A DNA stretch of 59,493 bases, counting the filler. It is 5 parts of 5 records of this genome, joined end to end, with 100 filler letters (N's around TTAATTAATTAA, not from the genome) between each part and the next. Parts side by side here need not be neighbours in the genome. Positions count along the whole stretch, not along the records: positions 1 to 5,331 come from DRR723986_31568; positions 5,432 to 14,871 come from DRR723986_31581; 3 more parts are not named here. The stretch is one strand, 5' to 3'. Shown in pieces: positions 1 to 8,340 of this stretch. Below the pieces are notes generated by a model. That model was not told the DNA's origin, ran no database searches, and worked only from the letters and a program-made list of their open reading frames with translations. The translations under genes were made by a program, and so were the position numbers. The first letter of the stretch is position 1; every line of letters starts with the position of its first letter.

Positions 1-1035
1 ATGGCCCATCGGCTCCATCGCGATGGCGTTGAGATTGCCAAGGGTCAGCCCGGCCTGAAAGAAACAACAGGTTTGCCAAAAGAGGAAGGCGGCAAAGCCA
101 TAGGGTTCGGCCATATCAGCAACCCCGCTGAGCAGCAGCGCGGCCGAGATGATGATCTGTGCGCCAAGGGTCATCGTCACCATCCGCCGCATCCCGAAAC
201 GCATCACCAAAGAGGCGTTCAGCAAGCTGGAGCTGCCCGCGACAAGGGCAATCGCACCAAACCAGAACGGGAAGGTTTCTGCCCTGCCATAGGTCACATC
301 ATAAATCGATTGCACCCGCATCAGCGTCAGGAACAAAATGCCCATCGCCAGCGACTGCACAAAGATCGAGATCCGCACGCCGGGATGGGCGAACATTTCC
401 TTAACGGCGCTGCGCATCAGGTGAAATCTCAGCGGCCTGCGGTTTTCCATCGCCAGCGTTTCCGGCAGACGCAAACCCATCCAAATCACTGAAACAATGG
501 AGAAAAGAATAAAGGCGACAAAGATACCGCGCCATCCGACACCGGCAATGATCACCGCACCCATGGCGGGAGCAAACGCAGGAACCAGCGTAAAGATCAG
601 CATAACAATCGACACGATCCGCGCCATTTCGCGCCCCGCATAGAGATCACGCACAACCGCCACCGCAACGATGCGTGGGCCAGAGGCGCCAAGCCCCTGA
701 AACAGCCGCGCAACCAGCATCACCTCAAGCGTGGAACTGGCCCAGGCCACCGCCGCCGAGGCAATATAGAGACCTGCGCCAATAAAGATGATCCGCCGCC
801 GGCCAAAAGCATCTGACAACGGACCGCTGATAAAGGTGCCAAGCCCCATACCGAGCACAAAACTGGTCAGAATAAGGGCCGCGTTTTCCGGGGCATCGGG
901 GGCAAGTTCGGCGCCCATAGCAGGCAGGGCGGGCAGCATTGCATCAATCGAAAACGCGATCGTTGCAAACATCATCGCGATGAGCGCAACAAATTCGGCG
1001 CGGCCCATGGCAAACCGGTCTGATGGATCTGTCAC
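1..1035 (-). CDS. Bcr/CflA (DHA1) family multidrug efflux MFS transporter, 3'-truncated at window edge
   Basis: Manual translation (not in the ORF track): (V)TDPSDRFAMGRAEFVALIAMMFATIAFSIDAMLPALP... and GPLSDAFGRRRII (MFS motif A). GTG at 1035 follows a GAGGGAG RBS; alternative ATG at 1008. Confidence 0.85.
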   Translation of the reverse strand, partial: MTDPSDRFAMGRAEFVALIAMMFATIAFSIDAMLPALPAMGAELAPDAPENAALILTSFVLGMGLGTFISGPLSDAFGRRRIIFIGAGLYIASAAVAWASSTLEVMLVARLFQGLGASGPRIVAVAVVRDLYAGREMARIVSIVMLIFTLVPAFAPAMGAVIIAGVGWRGIFVAFILFSIVSVIWMGLRLPETLAMENRRPLRFHLMRSAVKEMFAHPGVRISIFVQSLAMGILFLTLMRVQSIYDVTYGRAETFPFWFGAIALVAGSSSLLNASLVMRFGMRRMVTMTLGAQIIISAALLLSGVADMAEPYGFAAFLFWQTCCFFQAGLTLGNLNAIAMEPMGH

Positions 1036-1123
1036 GAAATGCTCCCTCAAAGTGCACAAGGCATAACTCAAGGTTGCAATAGCGGCAATCGGTATTCCAG
1101 ATTGTGCAAAGTTTGCTGTGTGA

Positions 1124-1531
1124 TCAGGCAGTAAGCGACATGGAGTTGCCTGAATGCGACATTTCCGCCCCATCGTGGCGCAAGATCTGTGCAATATCCT
1201 GCAACCCCTCGAACGGCCCGGCGCAATTCGAAGCGGCAATGAGGGCGCAGATGTCATGGTTCACAATGTCGGTTCGGATCTGCGCAAAGCTGTCTTGCGT
1301 GATCACTTTTGACACAAACCGACAGCTTTCCAGCATGCTGCGCCTCTCGGCATAATCGCGGGTGCAGGGCAGGCCGCATTGGGCGCTGAAGCTGTCTGTG
1401 CGGCAACCTACGATGACATCAGTGCCCAGCCGGGTCAGCTGTTGCAGAAACCGGATTTGATCGGGGCCGAATGTGTCAAATGCGCCATAGGTCAACACAG
1501 AGCGATAGCGGGCAGGGCGCAGCTTCATCAC
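1124..1531 (-). CDS. TagD-like glycerol-3-phosphate cytidylyltransferase homologue with degenerate catalytic motifs
   Basis: VLTYGAFD...LGTDVIVGCRTDSF...YAERRSMLESCRFVSKVI follows the TagD/CTP_transf_like pattern, but the HxGH position reads GPDQ. Confidence 0.7.
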   Translation of the reverse strand: MMKLRPARYRSVLTYGAFDTFGPDQIRFLQQLTRLGTDVIVGCRTDSFSAQCGLPCTRDYAERRSMLESCRFVSKVITQDSFAQIRTDIVNHDICALIAASNCAGPFEGLQDIAQILRHDGAEMSHSGNSMSLTA

Positions 1532-1815
1532 GCTGGCCGTTCCATTTGCGGGGGCGCTGCGCTGTCGCTTTCATTGCGCCAGATCGCCTTGATGCCGCTG
1601 GTGTCAACCGTGGTCAGTGATGTGAAAATTTGCCTTGCTCTGCCAAACACTTGCACTGTGTTTGGGGCAGGCCCGTTTGCCTGTTTGTCTGCCATTTTAC
1701 CCGCTCTCTTGCTGGGGTCTAACGCCCCTTATGGGGTGAACTCTACGTCAGCTTGGGCAGATAGGCAAAAGGGCTGGGGCCGCTGCGCCACGCAACTGTA
1801 CCCCAAACGCCACAG

Positions 1816-2463
1816 TCAGGATGGATCAACACCAGTCAATTCGTCGATCACTTTGAGCCAAAGCGCAGGCGGCTGTGCGCCCGGCACCGCATGTTGATTG
1901 GCCACAATAAAGGTGGGAACGGAGTTGATACCCATCTCGCGGCTGTGCGCGTCGCGGTCCCGGATGGATTGCGCGTCTTCGTCAGATTGAAGCAGCTTGG
2001 CCACCACCGCCGCATCCATTTCGATGCTGTCGGCAATATCTGCCAGAACCTCGACATCGCCAATGTCCCGTGCATCCACGAAATAGGCTTTGAACAGCGC
2101 CGAAACCGCCGCGGTTTGCCGCCCTTCGATACCGGCCCAGTGAATCAGCCGATGGGCGTTGAGCGTATTGGGCGTGCGTTGCATCGCCTCGAAATTGATG
2201 CTCAGCCCCGCTTTCTCCGCATGTTCCACCACCGGGGCATAGGCCCGCACCGCTGCTTCCTTGCCGCCGAATTTGCCTTCAAGATACGCGCGCCGGTCCA
2301 TTCCGCCCGCAGGCATATCGGGGTTAAGCTGGAACGGATGCCATTCGATCACGAAAGGATGATCCGGCCGCTCAGCCAGCGCCTTGTCCAGATGCGCCTT
2401 GCCGATATAGCACCATGGGCAAATCGGGTCTGACATAATGTCCAGTTTGATCGGATCACGCAT
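1816..2463 (-). CDS. DsbA family (FrnE-like) oxidoreductase
   Basis: SDPICPWCYIGK CxxC, WHPFQLNP, GINSVPTF and VPGAQP motifs. Start set at ATG 2463, which overlaps the upstream gene's stop. Confidence 0.9.
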   Translation of the reverse strand: MRDPIKLDIMSDPICPWCYIGKAHLDKALAERPDHPFVIEWHPFQLNPDMPAGGMDRRAYLEGKFGGKEAAVRAYAPVVEHAEKAGLSINFEAMQRTPNTLNAHRLIHWAGIEGRQTAAVSALFKAYFVDARDIGDVEVLADIADSIEMDAAVVAKLLQSDEDAQSIRDRDAHSREMGINSVPTFIVANQHAVPGAQPPALWLKVIDELTGVDPS

Positions 2464-3976
2464 TGTTTTTGCCCTCATAATCGGCCCGCAGCGCCCGGCG
2501 CAGCAGTTTGCCATTCGCGCCCATCGGCAGCTCTGGCACATGTTGAAAGAGACGCGGCTGTTTGTAACGCGCCAGTTTGTCTTTGGCATACGCATCCAGC
2601 GTCTGATCGTCCAGTGGGGCGGGCGCGGTGTAGAAGGCGGCGATCACGGAAACGCCCTCTTTGACCGTGACCTCGGCCACACCAATGCCGGTGATCCCCG
2701 GAGCGCCCGCAAGCGCCGCCTCAACCTCAAGCGGCGAGACGCGAAAACCGCCCGCGTTCATCATATCGTCATTGCGCCCCAGATAGGTGATTTGCCCGTC
2801 CGCATCCATCTGCGCCTGATCGCCGGTCTGAAACCATTCACCGCGGTATCGGGCGGCGGTCTGGTCCGGCGCATCAAGGTAGCCCAGCATCAAACCCGGA
2901 TCGGAGTTGTGAATGGCGATGGTGCCGGGTTGGCCGGGCTTGGCCAGTCCCTCTGCACCCATCAGGCAGACCCGCCGCCCCGGTTGCGCCCGGCCCAAGG
3001 CGCCAGGGGCCGCCGGATAGTCCGGGCAGCCCGAAATGAAGGTGGAGCATTCGGACATGCCAAAAGCCTCATAGATCGCGGTGCCAGTGGATGTGTTCCA
3101 AAGGCCGCGCACCGCATCCGCCATTTTTTCTCCGGCGCTGAGCCCGTGGCGCAGATGCGGCAACTCCAACGCGGTCTGTTGCTTGAGCATTTGCCGGTAA
3201 ACCCCCGGCGCAGCTGCAAAAATACTCGCTTTGTGGTCGTGCAAGAGCTGCCAAATCCCGGCGGGATCTGTGCCTGCCTCTGGGATCAGGGCGGTCGCGC
3301 CGCAGGTCCATGGATCCATCAATCCGGTGCCCAAAGTATAGGTCCAGTTGAACGCGCCCGCATGCAGAACGCGGTCTTGCGCCCGCAGCCCGTACCAGCC
3401 GTCAAACATCATCCGCCGCGCCCAGATGGCACGATGTGCATGCATCACGGCGGAGGGTTTGCCGGAGGTGCCAGAGGTATAGATGATATAGCCAAGCCGG
3501 TCTGGATCGCCCCGGTGCCATTCGGCAGGGGGTAGATCGCGCATCTTGCGCAGGCTTTCCAATGAGACCTCCAAAGAAGTCGCGGGGCAGGCCACATCAG
3601 GATCGCGCAGCACCGCTGCGGGCTTGAGCCGCGGCATCATCTTGGCCACTTCCGCTTCGGTCAATGCGGCGGCGGTGGGCACTGGCACTAGACCTGCGGC
3701 CAAGGCGCCGAGGTAGGCCAGAGGAAAATCCGGCGTATTGCCAAGACGCATCAAAACCCGATTGCCCGGCACCAGCCCCAGTTGCAGCAACCCCGTCGCC
3801 GTGCCGCGCACTGCGCTGCGCAACCGGCCATAGCTCCATTCCTCCACCTCCATACCGGATACAATCTTCAGGGCCGTTTTATCTGCTGTCGCACCGCCGG
3901 AGGTCAGCACATATTCGGCCATGTTGAAGGGCGCGGGACAGGGCGGGTAACGGTCGGTATCGGCGGAATGGTCCAT
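2456..3976 (-). CDS. Class I adenylate-forming enzyme (acyl-CoA synthetase / AMP-binding)
   Basis: YTSGTSGKP P-loop, FGMSE, TGD, GRNDD and terminal NGKLLR motifs. Confidence 0.9.
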   Translation of the reverse strand: MDHSADTDRYPPCPAPFNMAEYVLTSGGATADKTALKIVSGMEVEEWSYGRLRSAVRGTATGLLQLGLVPGNRVLMRLGNTPDFPLAYLGALAAGLVPVPTAAALTEAEVAKMMPRLKPAAVLRDPDVACPATSLEVSLESLRKMRDLPPAEWHRGDPDRLGYIIYTSGTSGKPSAVMHAHRAIWARRMMFDGWYGLRAQDRVLHAGAFNWTYTLGTGLMDPWTCGATALIPEAGTDPAGIWQLLHDHKASIFAAAPGVYRQMLKQQTALELPHLRHGLSAGEKMADAVRGLWNTSTGTAIYEAFGMSECSTFISGCPDYPAAPGALGRAQPGRRVCLMGAEGLAKPGQPGTIAIHNSDPGLMLGYLDAPDQTAARYRGEWFQTGDQAQMDADGQITYLGRNDDMMNAGGFRVSPLEVEAALAGAPGITGIGVAEVTVKEGVSVIAAFYTAPAPLDDQTLDAYAKDKLARYKQPRLFQHVPELPMGANGKLLRRALRADYEGKNNA

Positions 3977-4041
3977 ATATCCGCGCTACCGCGTCCGCGG
4001 CGCCGTTGCAAGGTGGCCAGCCTGCCGATATAGCATGACCC

Positions 4042-4665
4042 ATGACCAAAGATGCCCCCGTCAGCCTGATCCAGATCGCCCGCGCCAGCGGCGAGACGGA
4101 CGAAACCCCGCCCGTTGATCTGGGCGCGCGGGTGCGCGAGCTGCGCAAGGGGCGCAACTGGACATTGGAACAAGCGGCCAAACAGGCCGGGCTGGCCCGA
4201 TCGACCCTGTCCAAGATCGAAAACGGGCAGATGTCTCCGACCTATGACGCGTTGAAAAAGCTGGCGGTGGGGCTGGAAATTTCGGTGCCGCAATTGTTCA
4301 CGCCACCCGCCGCAGACAAGATCAACGGGCGCATGGCGGTGACCAAATCGGGCGAGGGGGCGGCCAAGGCGACCACCACCTATGAACATGAACTGCTTGG
4401 CGACACGCTGCGCAAGAAACAGATGTTGCCCTATCGCGCCCGCATCCGCGCCCGCAGCATGGATGAATTTGACGGCTGGGTGCGCCATGACGGCGAAGAG
4501 TTTCTCTATGTGCTGACCGGTGTCGTGTTGCTTTACACAGAATTTTACGAACCGGTTGAGCTGCGCCGGGGCGACAGCGCCTATTACGACGCCACGATGG
4601 GGCATAATGTGATCTCAACCAGCGCCGAGGATGCGATGATCCTTTGGGTGACGTCCTTGGCCTGA
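4042..4665 (+). CDS. XRE-family HTH transcriptional regulator with C-terminal cupin
   Basis: LRKGRNWTLEQAAKQAGLARSTLSKIENG HTH; HDGEEFLYVLTG...GDSAYYDATMGH cupin. Confidence 0.9.
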   Translation: MTKDAPVSLIQIARASGETDETPPVDLGARVRELRKGRNWTLEQAAKQAGLARSTLSKIENGQMSPTYDALKKLAVGLEISVPQLFTPPAADKINGRMAVTKSGEGAAKATTTYEHELLGDTLRKKQMLPYRARIRARSMDEFDGWVRHDGEEFLYVLTGVVLLYTEFYEPVELRRGDSAYYDATMGHNVISTSAEDAMILWVTSLA

Positions 4666-4668
4666 GGG

Positions 4669-5145
4669 TCAGAGGATCAAGGCGCAGGCGTTCAAATGCG
4701 CCCGCAGGGTTGCGGCGTCCATCTGTTCAACCGGTTCGGCCAGAAATGCCGCGGCACGGCGGTGCAAAATCTCATAAGCCTCTGAAAAAGCGCCGGGAAT
4801 GGCATCGCCCTGCGCGGCGGCGGGATCTTCGACACCCCAGTGCGCCCGCAGCGGCGCACCCGGCCACATTGGACAGGTCTCACCGGCAGCAGATCCGCAG
4901 ACCGTGATCACCGCATCCATCACAGGCGCATCTGGCAAAGCAAATTCATCCCAGCTTTTGGAACGGGCATCAGAGACATCCATGCCTTTTTCGCCCAGCA
5001 GGGCGATGGATTGCGGATGCACGCGGCCCGCAGGCTGGCTTCCGGCGGAATAGGCCCGCACACGGCCCTTGCCCAGATCATTAAGGGTGGATTCAAGCAG
5101 GATCGAACGGGCAGAGTTGCCGGTGCATAAAACGAGTATATTCAT
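4669..5145 (-). CDS. arsC: Arsenate reductase, LMW-PTP (thioredoxin) type
   Basis: LCTGNSARS P-loop, AYSAGS, ITVCGSAAGETCP and HWGVEDP. Confidence 0.88.
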   Translation of the reverse strand: MNILVLCTGNSARSILLESTLNDLGKGRVRAYSAGSQPAGRVHPQSIALLGEKGMDVSDARSKSWDEFALPDAPVMDAVITVCGSAAGETCPMWPGAPLRAHWGVEDPAAAQGDAIPGAFSEAYEILHRRAAAFLAEPVEQMDAATLRAHLNACALIL

Positions 5146-5192
5146 GAGCCTTGCCTACAAGAGCGATGTTTCGGTTTTATGACACAGAGGGG

Positions 5193-5330
5193 TCAGTTGA
5201 CCCTATCCTGCCACCACCAGACCTGCGGCATGTAATAAGACCCATCCCCATAAAGCGGCAGTGTTTCTGGATAGACCATCCGCGCATCATGGGCGATCAA
5301 GCCCTCGTTGAATTGCCAGAACGGAATGAC
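5193..5330 (-). CDS. C-terminal fragment of a family 5 (YejA-like) ABC extracellular solute-binding protein
   Basis: Manual translation VIPFWQFNEGLIAHDARMVYPETLPLYGDGSYYMPQVWWWQDRVN*; truncated by the contig end. Confidence 0.6.
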   Translation of the reverse strand, partial: VIPFWQFNEGLIAHDARMVYPETLPLYGDGSYYMPQVWWWQDRVN

Positions 5331-5331
5331 A

Positions 5332-5431
5332 NNNNNNNNNNNNNNNNNNNNNNNNNNNNNNNNNNNNNNNNNNNNTTAATTAATTAANNNNNNNNNNNNN
5401 NNNNNNNNNNNNNNNNNNNNNNNNNNNNNNN
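5332..5431. other. Artificial contig spacer
   Basis: 44 N + TTAATTAATTAA (stops in all six frames) + 44 N. Confidence 0.98.
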
Positions 5432-5470
5432 TAGGAATAGTCAATAAAATCAGGGCGATCGCATTTTCAG

Positions 5471-5516
5471 GAGGGACAGGTCAGAGCAGCCCTGAGGCTG
5501 TTCTGATTAATCCCTC
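5471..5516. repeat. Inverted repeat resembling two abutting IS termini
   Basis: GAGGGA-cagg-TCAGAGCAGCC ctga GGCTGTTCTGA-ttaa-TCCCTC. Confidence 0.45.
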
Positions 5517-5660
5517 GCCCAGAATGCCGACATTGCGCCGATAGTTTTCTCCGCTTGCGCAATGTCGTGTAATCTCCAATCCCTCGCCCGGAACGTGAAA
5601 AATCTGCCGTTAGCCGTTTTCGAGAACTTGGTTCAAGCCTGTCTCTGGCTGATTCGCAAT

Positions 5661-6293
5661 TCAAGCCGCTAACGGGAGTTGAAATCACCCGCGACAATGT
5701 TTGTTCCGTTGATAATTGCAGATATCGACGACATTGTCTTTGACTGACTTAACTGGAGTCGTATTCGCCCTTCCAGAATGAGTCCGATACTCGTTGCAAC
5801 AGCGCTGATAATCCCTGAGCTTGTTCTCCAGGTCAGTCGCGGTCCAAAAAAAGCGTGTGACCAAGTAACTATCGCCGAACACTGCCAATCAATCGCTCAG
5901 CGACATGATGCGACATTGACCCATGACCAACATCATCCAGTGGCTCTTTAGCCGAATCGATTCGCAGCGAAACAGATCAACACTTCACAGGCTGCTTTTC
6001 GCGAGACCAAGTGTAGTCAGCCAGGAAGGTTTACGGTTGTCAGGACCTGGTTTGCAATGAACCGCGAGTATACGGCGGACAGTGTCCTTATCCAGATTCC
6101 GTCCGAATGCTCGGTTGATCTGCTGGGCATTGCGCGGGCAGCCGTATCGCGTGTTACGCCGTTTCATTTCAACGATGGCATCAATGACTTCTCGGGACGG
6201 CCTTTTGGCGCCTGGCTTCTTGCCACCTCCTGGCTGAATCATATTTGCTGTGGTGGTCAGCAAGTGGAGCAGGCGGTAAATGATGTCTCTCAT
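5661..6293 (-). pseudogene. Decayed integrase-core (rve-type) transposase
   Basis: One frame reads ...PSREVIDAIVEMKRRNTRYGCPRNAQQI...PSWLTTLGLAKSSL*SVDLFRCES...FFWTATDLENKLRDYQ..NEYRTHSG...HCRG*FQLPLAA*. It has in-frame stops and most of the catalytic core appears deleted. Confidence 0.7.
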
Positions 6294-6579
6294 GCTGCTA
6301 GAGTGAAGAAAAGCCCTCTGTTTCCCACATATATCAAATAATTGACATTATTGATAAATCAGGAATTCGCCATGCAAAGGTTACTCAGGTGAACAATTAA
6401 GGGGGCGCAAGCGATGCACGATCGGAGGTTTAGCACCGGCGAGCACGTAAGTCTGCCATCGCGCGATCTACAACACAGCATATTCTGCGGCACCGGTGTT
6501 GCAAATACAGATCGTTGATAAGCAAGGCATGGTCTGCGGTATCAACCCGCCACACCCGATCTCAGTGCAACCACCACAC

Positions 6580-6594
6580 ATAACCTAAAGCTAT
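6580..6594 (+). promoter_or_regulatory. Putative LysR-type T-N11-A box upstream of the sulfatase
   Basis: ATAAC-CTAAA-GCTAT; matches the box at 8265-8279. Confidence 0.5.
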
Positions 6595-6679
6595 TGCCCG
6601 CATGACTCCAAGTGCCAGCGAGGCCATTTTGCAATCTCTATACTCCGCACTCTCCTAACAATAAAAGAGGTAGCACGGT

Positions 6680-8221
6680 ATGCCCCGCTCGATACCAGGT
6701 CGCGTTGCGATACGAATTTTCCTCACGGTATTCCTTTTTTCCCCCGTTGCTCTATTTGCCAGCCAGCCAAACATCCTGGTGATCTGGGGCGATGACATTG
6801 GCATCACCAATCTCAGCGCATACAGCGATGGCTTGATGGGCTACACCACGCCAAACATTGATCGCATCGCGAAAGAGGGCACGCGATTTATCGATTACTA
6901 CGGCGAGCAGAGCTGCACAGCCGGCAGGTCGGCTTTCATTACCGGCCAGAGCCCCATTCGAACGGGCTTAACCAAAGTGGGGATGCCCGGGGCAGACATT
7001 GGGTTGCAGCCCGAGGACGTGACCCTCGCCGCGCTTCTCAAGGAGCGCGGTTATACCACCGGACAATTTGGCAAGAATCATCTGGGTGATAAAGACAAGT
7101 TTTTGCCAACCAATCATGGCTTCGATGAGTTTATGGGCAACCTGTATCACCTGAACGCAGAAGAGGAGCCTGAGCACCCGGATTACCCGAAAGACCCAGA
7201 GTTTCGCGAACGCTTTACGCCGCGCGGGGTCATTCACAGCCATGCCGACGGCCGCATACAGGACAGTGGCCTGTTGACGCGTAAGCGCATGGAGACGGTT
7301 GACGAGGAGTTTCTGGCAGCGGCCAACAAGTTTATCGATCGTGCCGCGAGCCAGCAGAAGCCCTTTTTCGTCTGGTTCAACACCACGCGTATGCACTTCT
7401 ATACGCATATCACCGATGCTGAGCGCGGCTTGTCCGGACAGGGTTTCTATAACGATGCCATGGTTGCACACGACGCCTTAGTGGGGCGCCTGCTGGACCG
7501 GCTCGACGGACTGGGCCTCACTGACAACACCATTGTGTTGTACTCCACTGATAACGGGCCGCACTACAACACCTGGCCGGACGGCGCCATAACGCCTTAC
7601 CGGGGCGAAAAGAACACAAATTGGGAGGGAGGTTATCGCGTGCCTGCCATGGTGCGCTGGCCCGCAGAGATCACCAGCGGCAGAGTCTCTAACCAGATCA
7701 TGTCGCACATGGACTGGCTGCCCACGCTGGCAGCGGCAGCCGGTTACACGGATGCAGCCGAAAAGCTCAAGCGCGGCGTACGCCTGGGCGGCCGGGATTA
7801 CCGAGTGCATCTGGACGGGTATAACTTCCTGCCTTATCTCACAGGCAAGGTTGAGGAGGGTCCACGCGAGAGCTTCATTTATTGGAGTGATGACGGGCAG
7901 CTGACCGGTATGCGTATCGGTGACTGGAAAGTGGTGTTCGCCGAGCAGCGGGCCGCAAGGTTCGACGTATGGCGCGACCCTTTTGTGCCGTTGCGAATTC
8001 CCAAGCTGTTCAATCTTCGGCGTGACCCCTTCGAAAGGGCTGATACCGACTCCAATGCCTACAATGAGTGGTGGGGGCGCATTGCGGGGCCCTTCATATC
8101 GCTCTCCAGGATGCATCTGCAACGCTTCCTGGCAACGCTTGAGGAGTTCCCTCCGCGACAGAAGCCCGCGTCATTCACTGTAGATCAGGTGCTTGAGGCC
8201 GCCTTTGGAGAAGAGCCGTAA
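6680..8221 (+). CDS. Formylglycine-dependent (S1) arylsulfatase, exported
   Basis: PNILVIWGDD, SCTAGRSAFITG (CxxxR), GKNHLG and STDNGP motifs; N-terminal signal peptide. Confidence 0.93.
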   Translation: MPRSIPGRVAIRIFLTVFLFSPVALFASQPNILVIWGDDIGITNLSAYSDGLMGYTTPNIDRIAKEGTRFIDYYGEQSCTAGRSAFITGQSPIRTGLTKVGMPGADIGLQPEDVTLAALLKERGYTTGQFGKNHLGDKDKFLPTNHGFDEFMGNLYHLNAEEEPEHPDYPKDPEFRERFTPRGVIHSHADGRIQDSGLLTRKRMETVDEEFLAAANKFIDRAASQQKPFFVWFNTTRMHFYTHITDAERGLSGQGFYNDAMVAHDALVGRLLDRLDGLGLTDNTIVLYSTDNGPHYNTWPDGAITPYRGEKNTNWEGGYRVPAMVRWPAEITSGRVSNQIMSHMDWLPTLAAAAGYTDAAEKLKRGVRLGGRDYRVHLDGYNFLPYLTGKVEEGPRESFIYWSDDGQLTGMRIGDWKVVFAEQRAARFDVWRDPFVPLRIPKLFNLRRDPFERADTDSNAYNEWWGRIAGPFISLSRMHLQRFLATLEEFPPRQKPASFTVDQVLEAAFGEEP

Positions 8222-8264
8222 GCGGCCCGGCACGCAGGCGGGCTGCGAGCCGGTTATGCCTGCG

Positions 8265-8279
8265 ATAACAATTAGTTAT
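8265..8279 (+). promoter_or_regulatory. Putative LysR-type T-N11-A box upstream of the TonB-dependent receptor
   Basis: ATAAC-AATTA-GTTAT with perfect 5-bp arms; it overlaps a second inverted repeat GTTAT-N7-ATAAC (8253-8269). Confidence 0.55.
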
Positions 8280-8340
8280 TTCCGCTCGAACGGATGGGTC
8301 GATAAGGTTGCGACCAAAATAAATGATAAGGGATACTGTT

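Noticed and set aside
5376..5387. TTAATTAATTAA recurring four times as a biological repeat
   Set aside because: Always centred in 88 N; it is a six-frame-stop concatenation linker.
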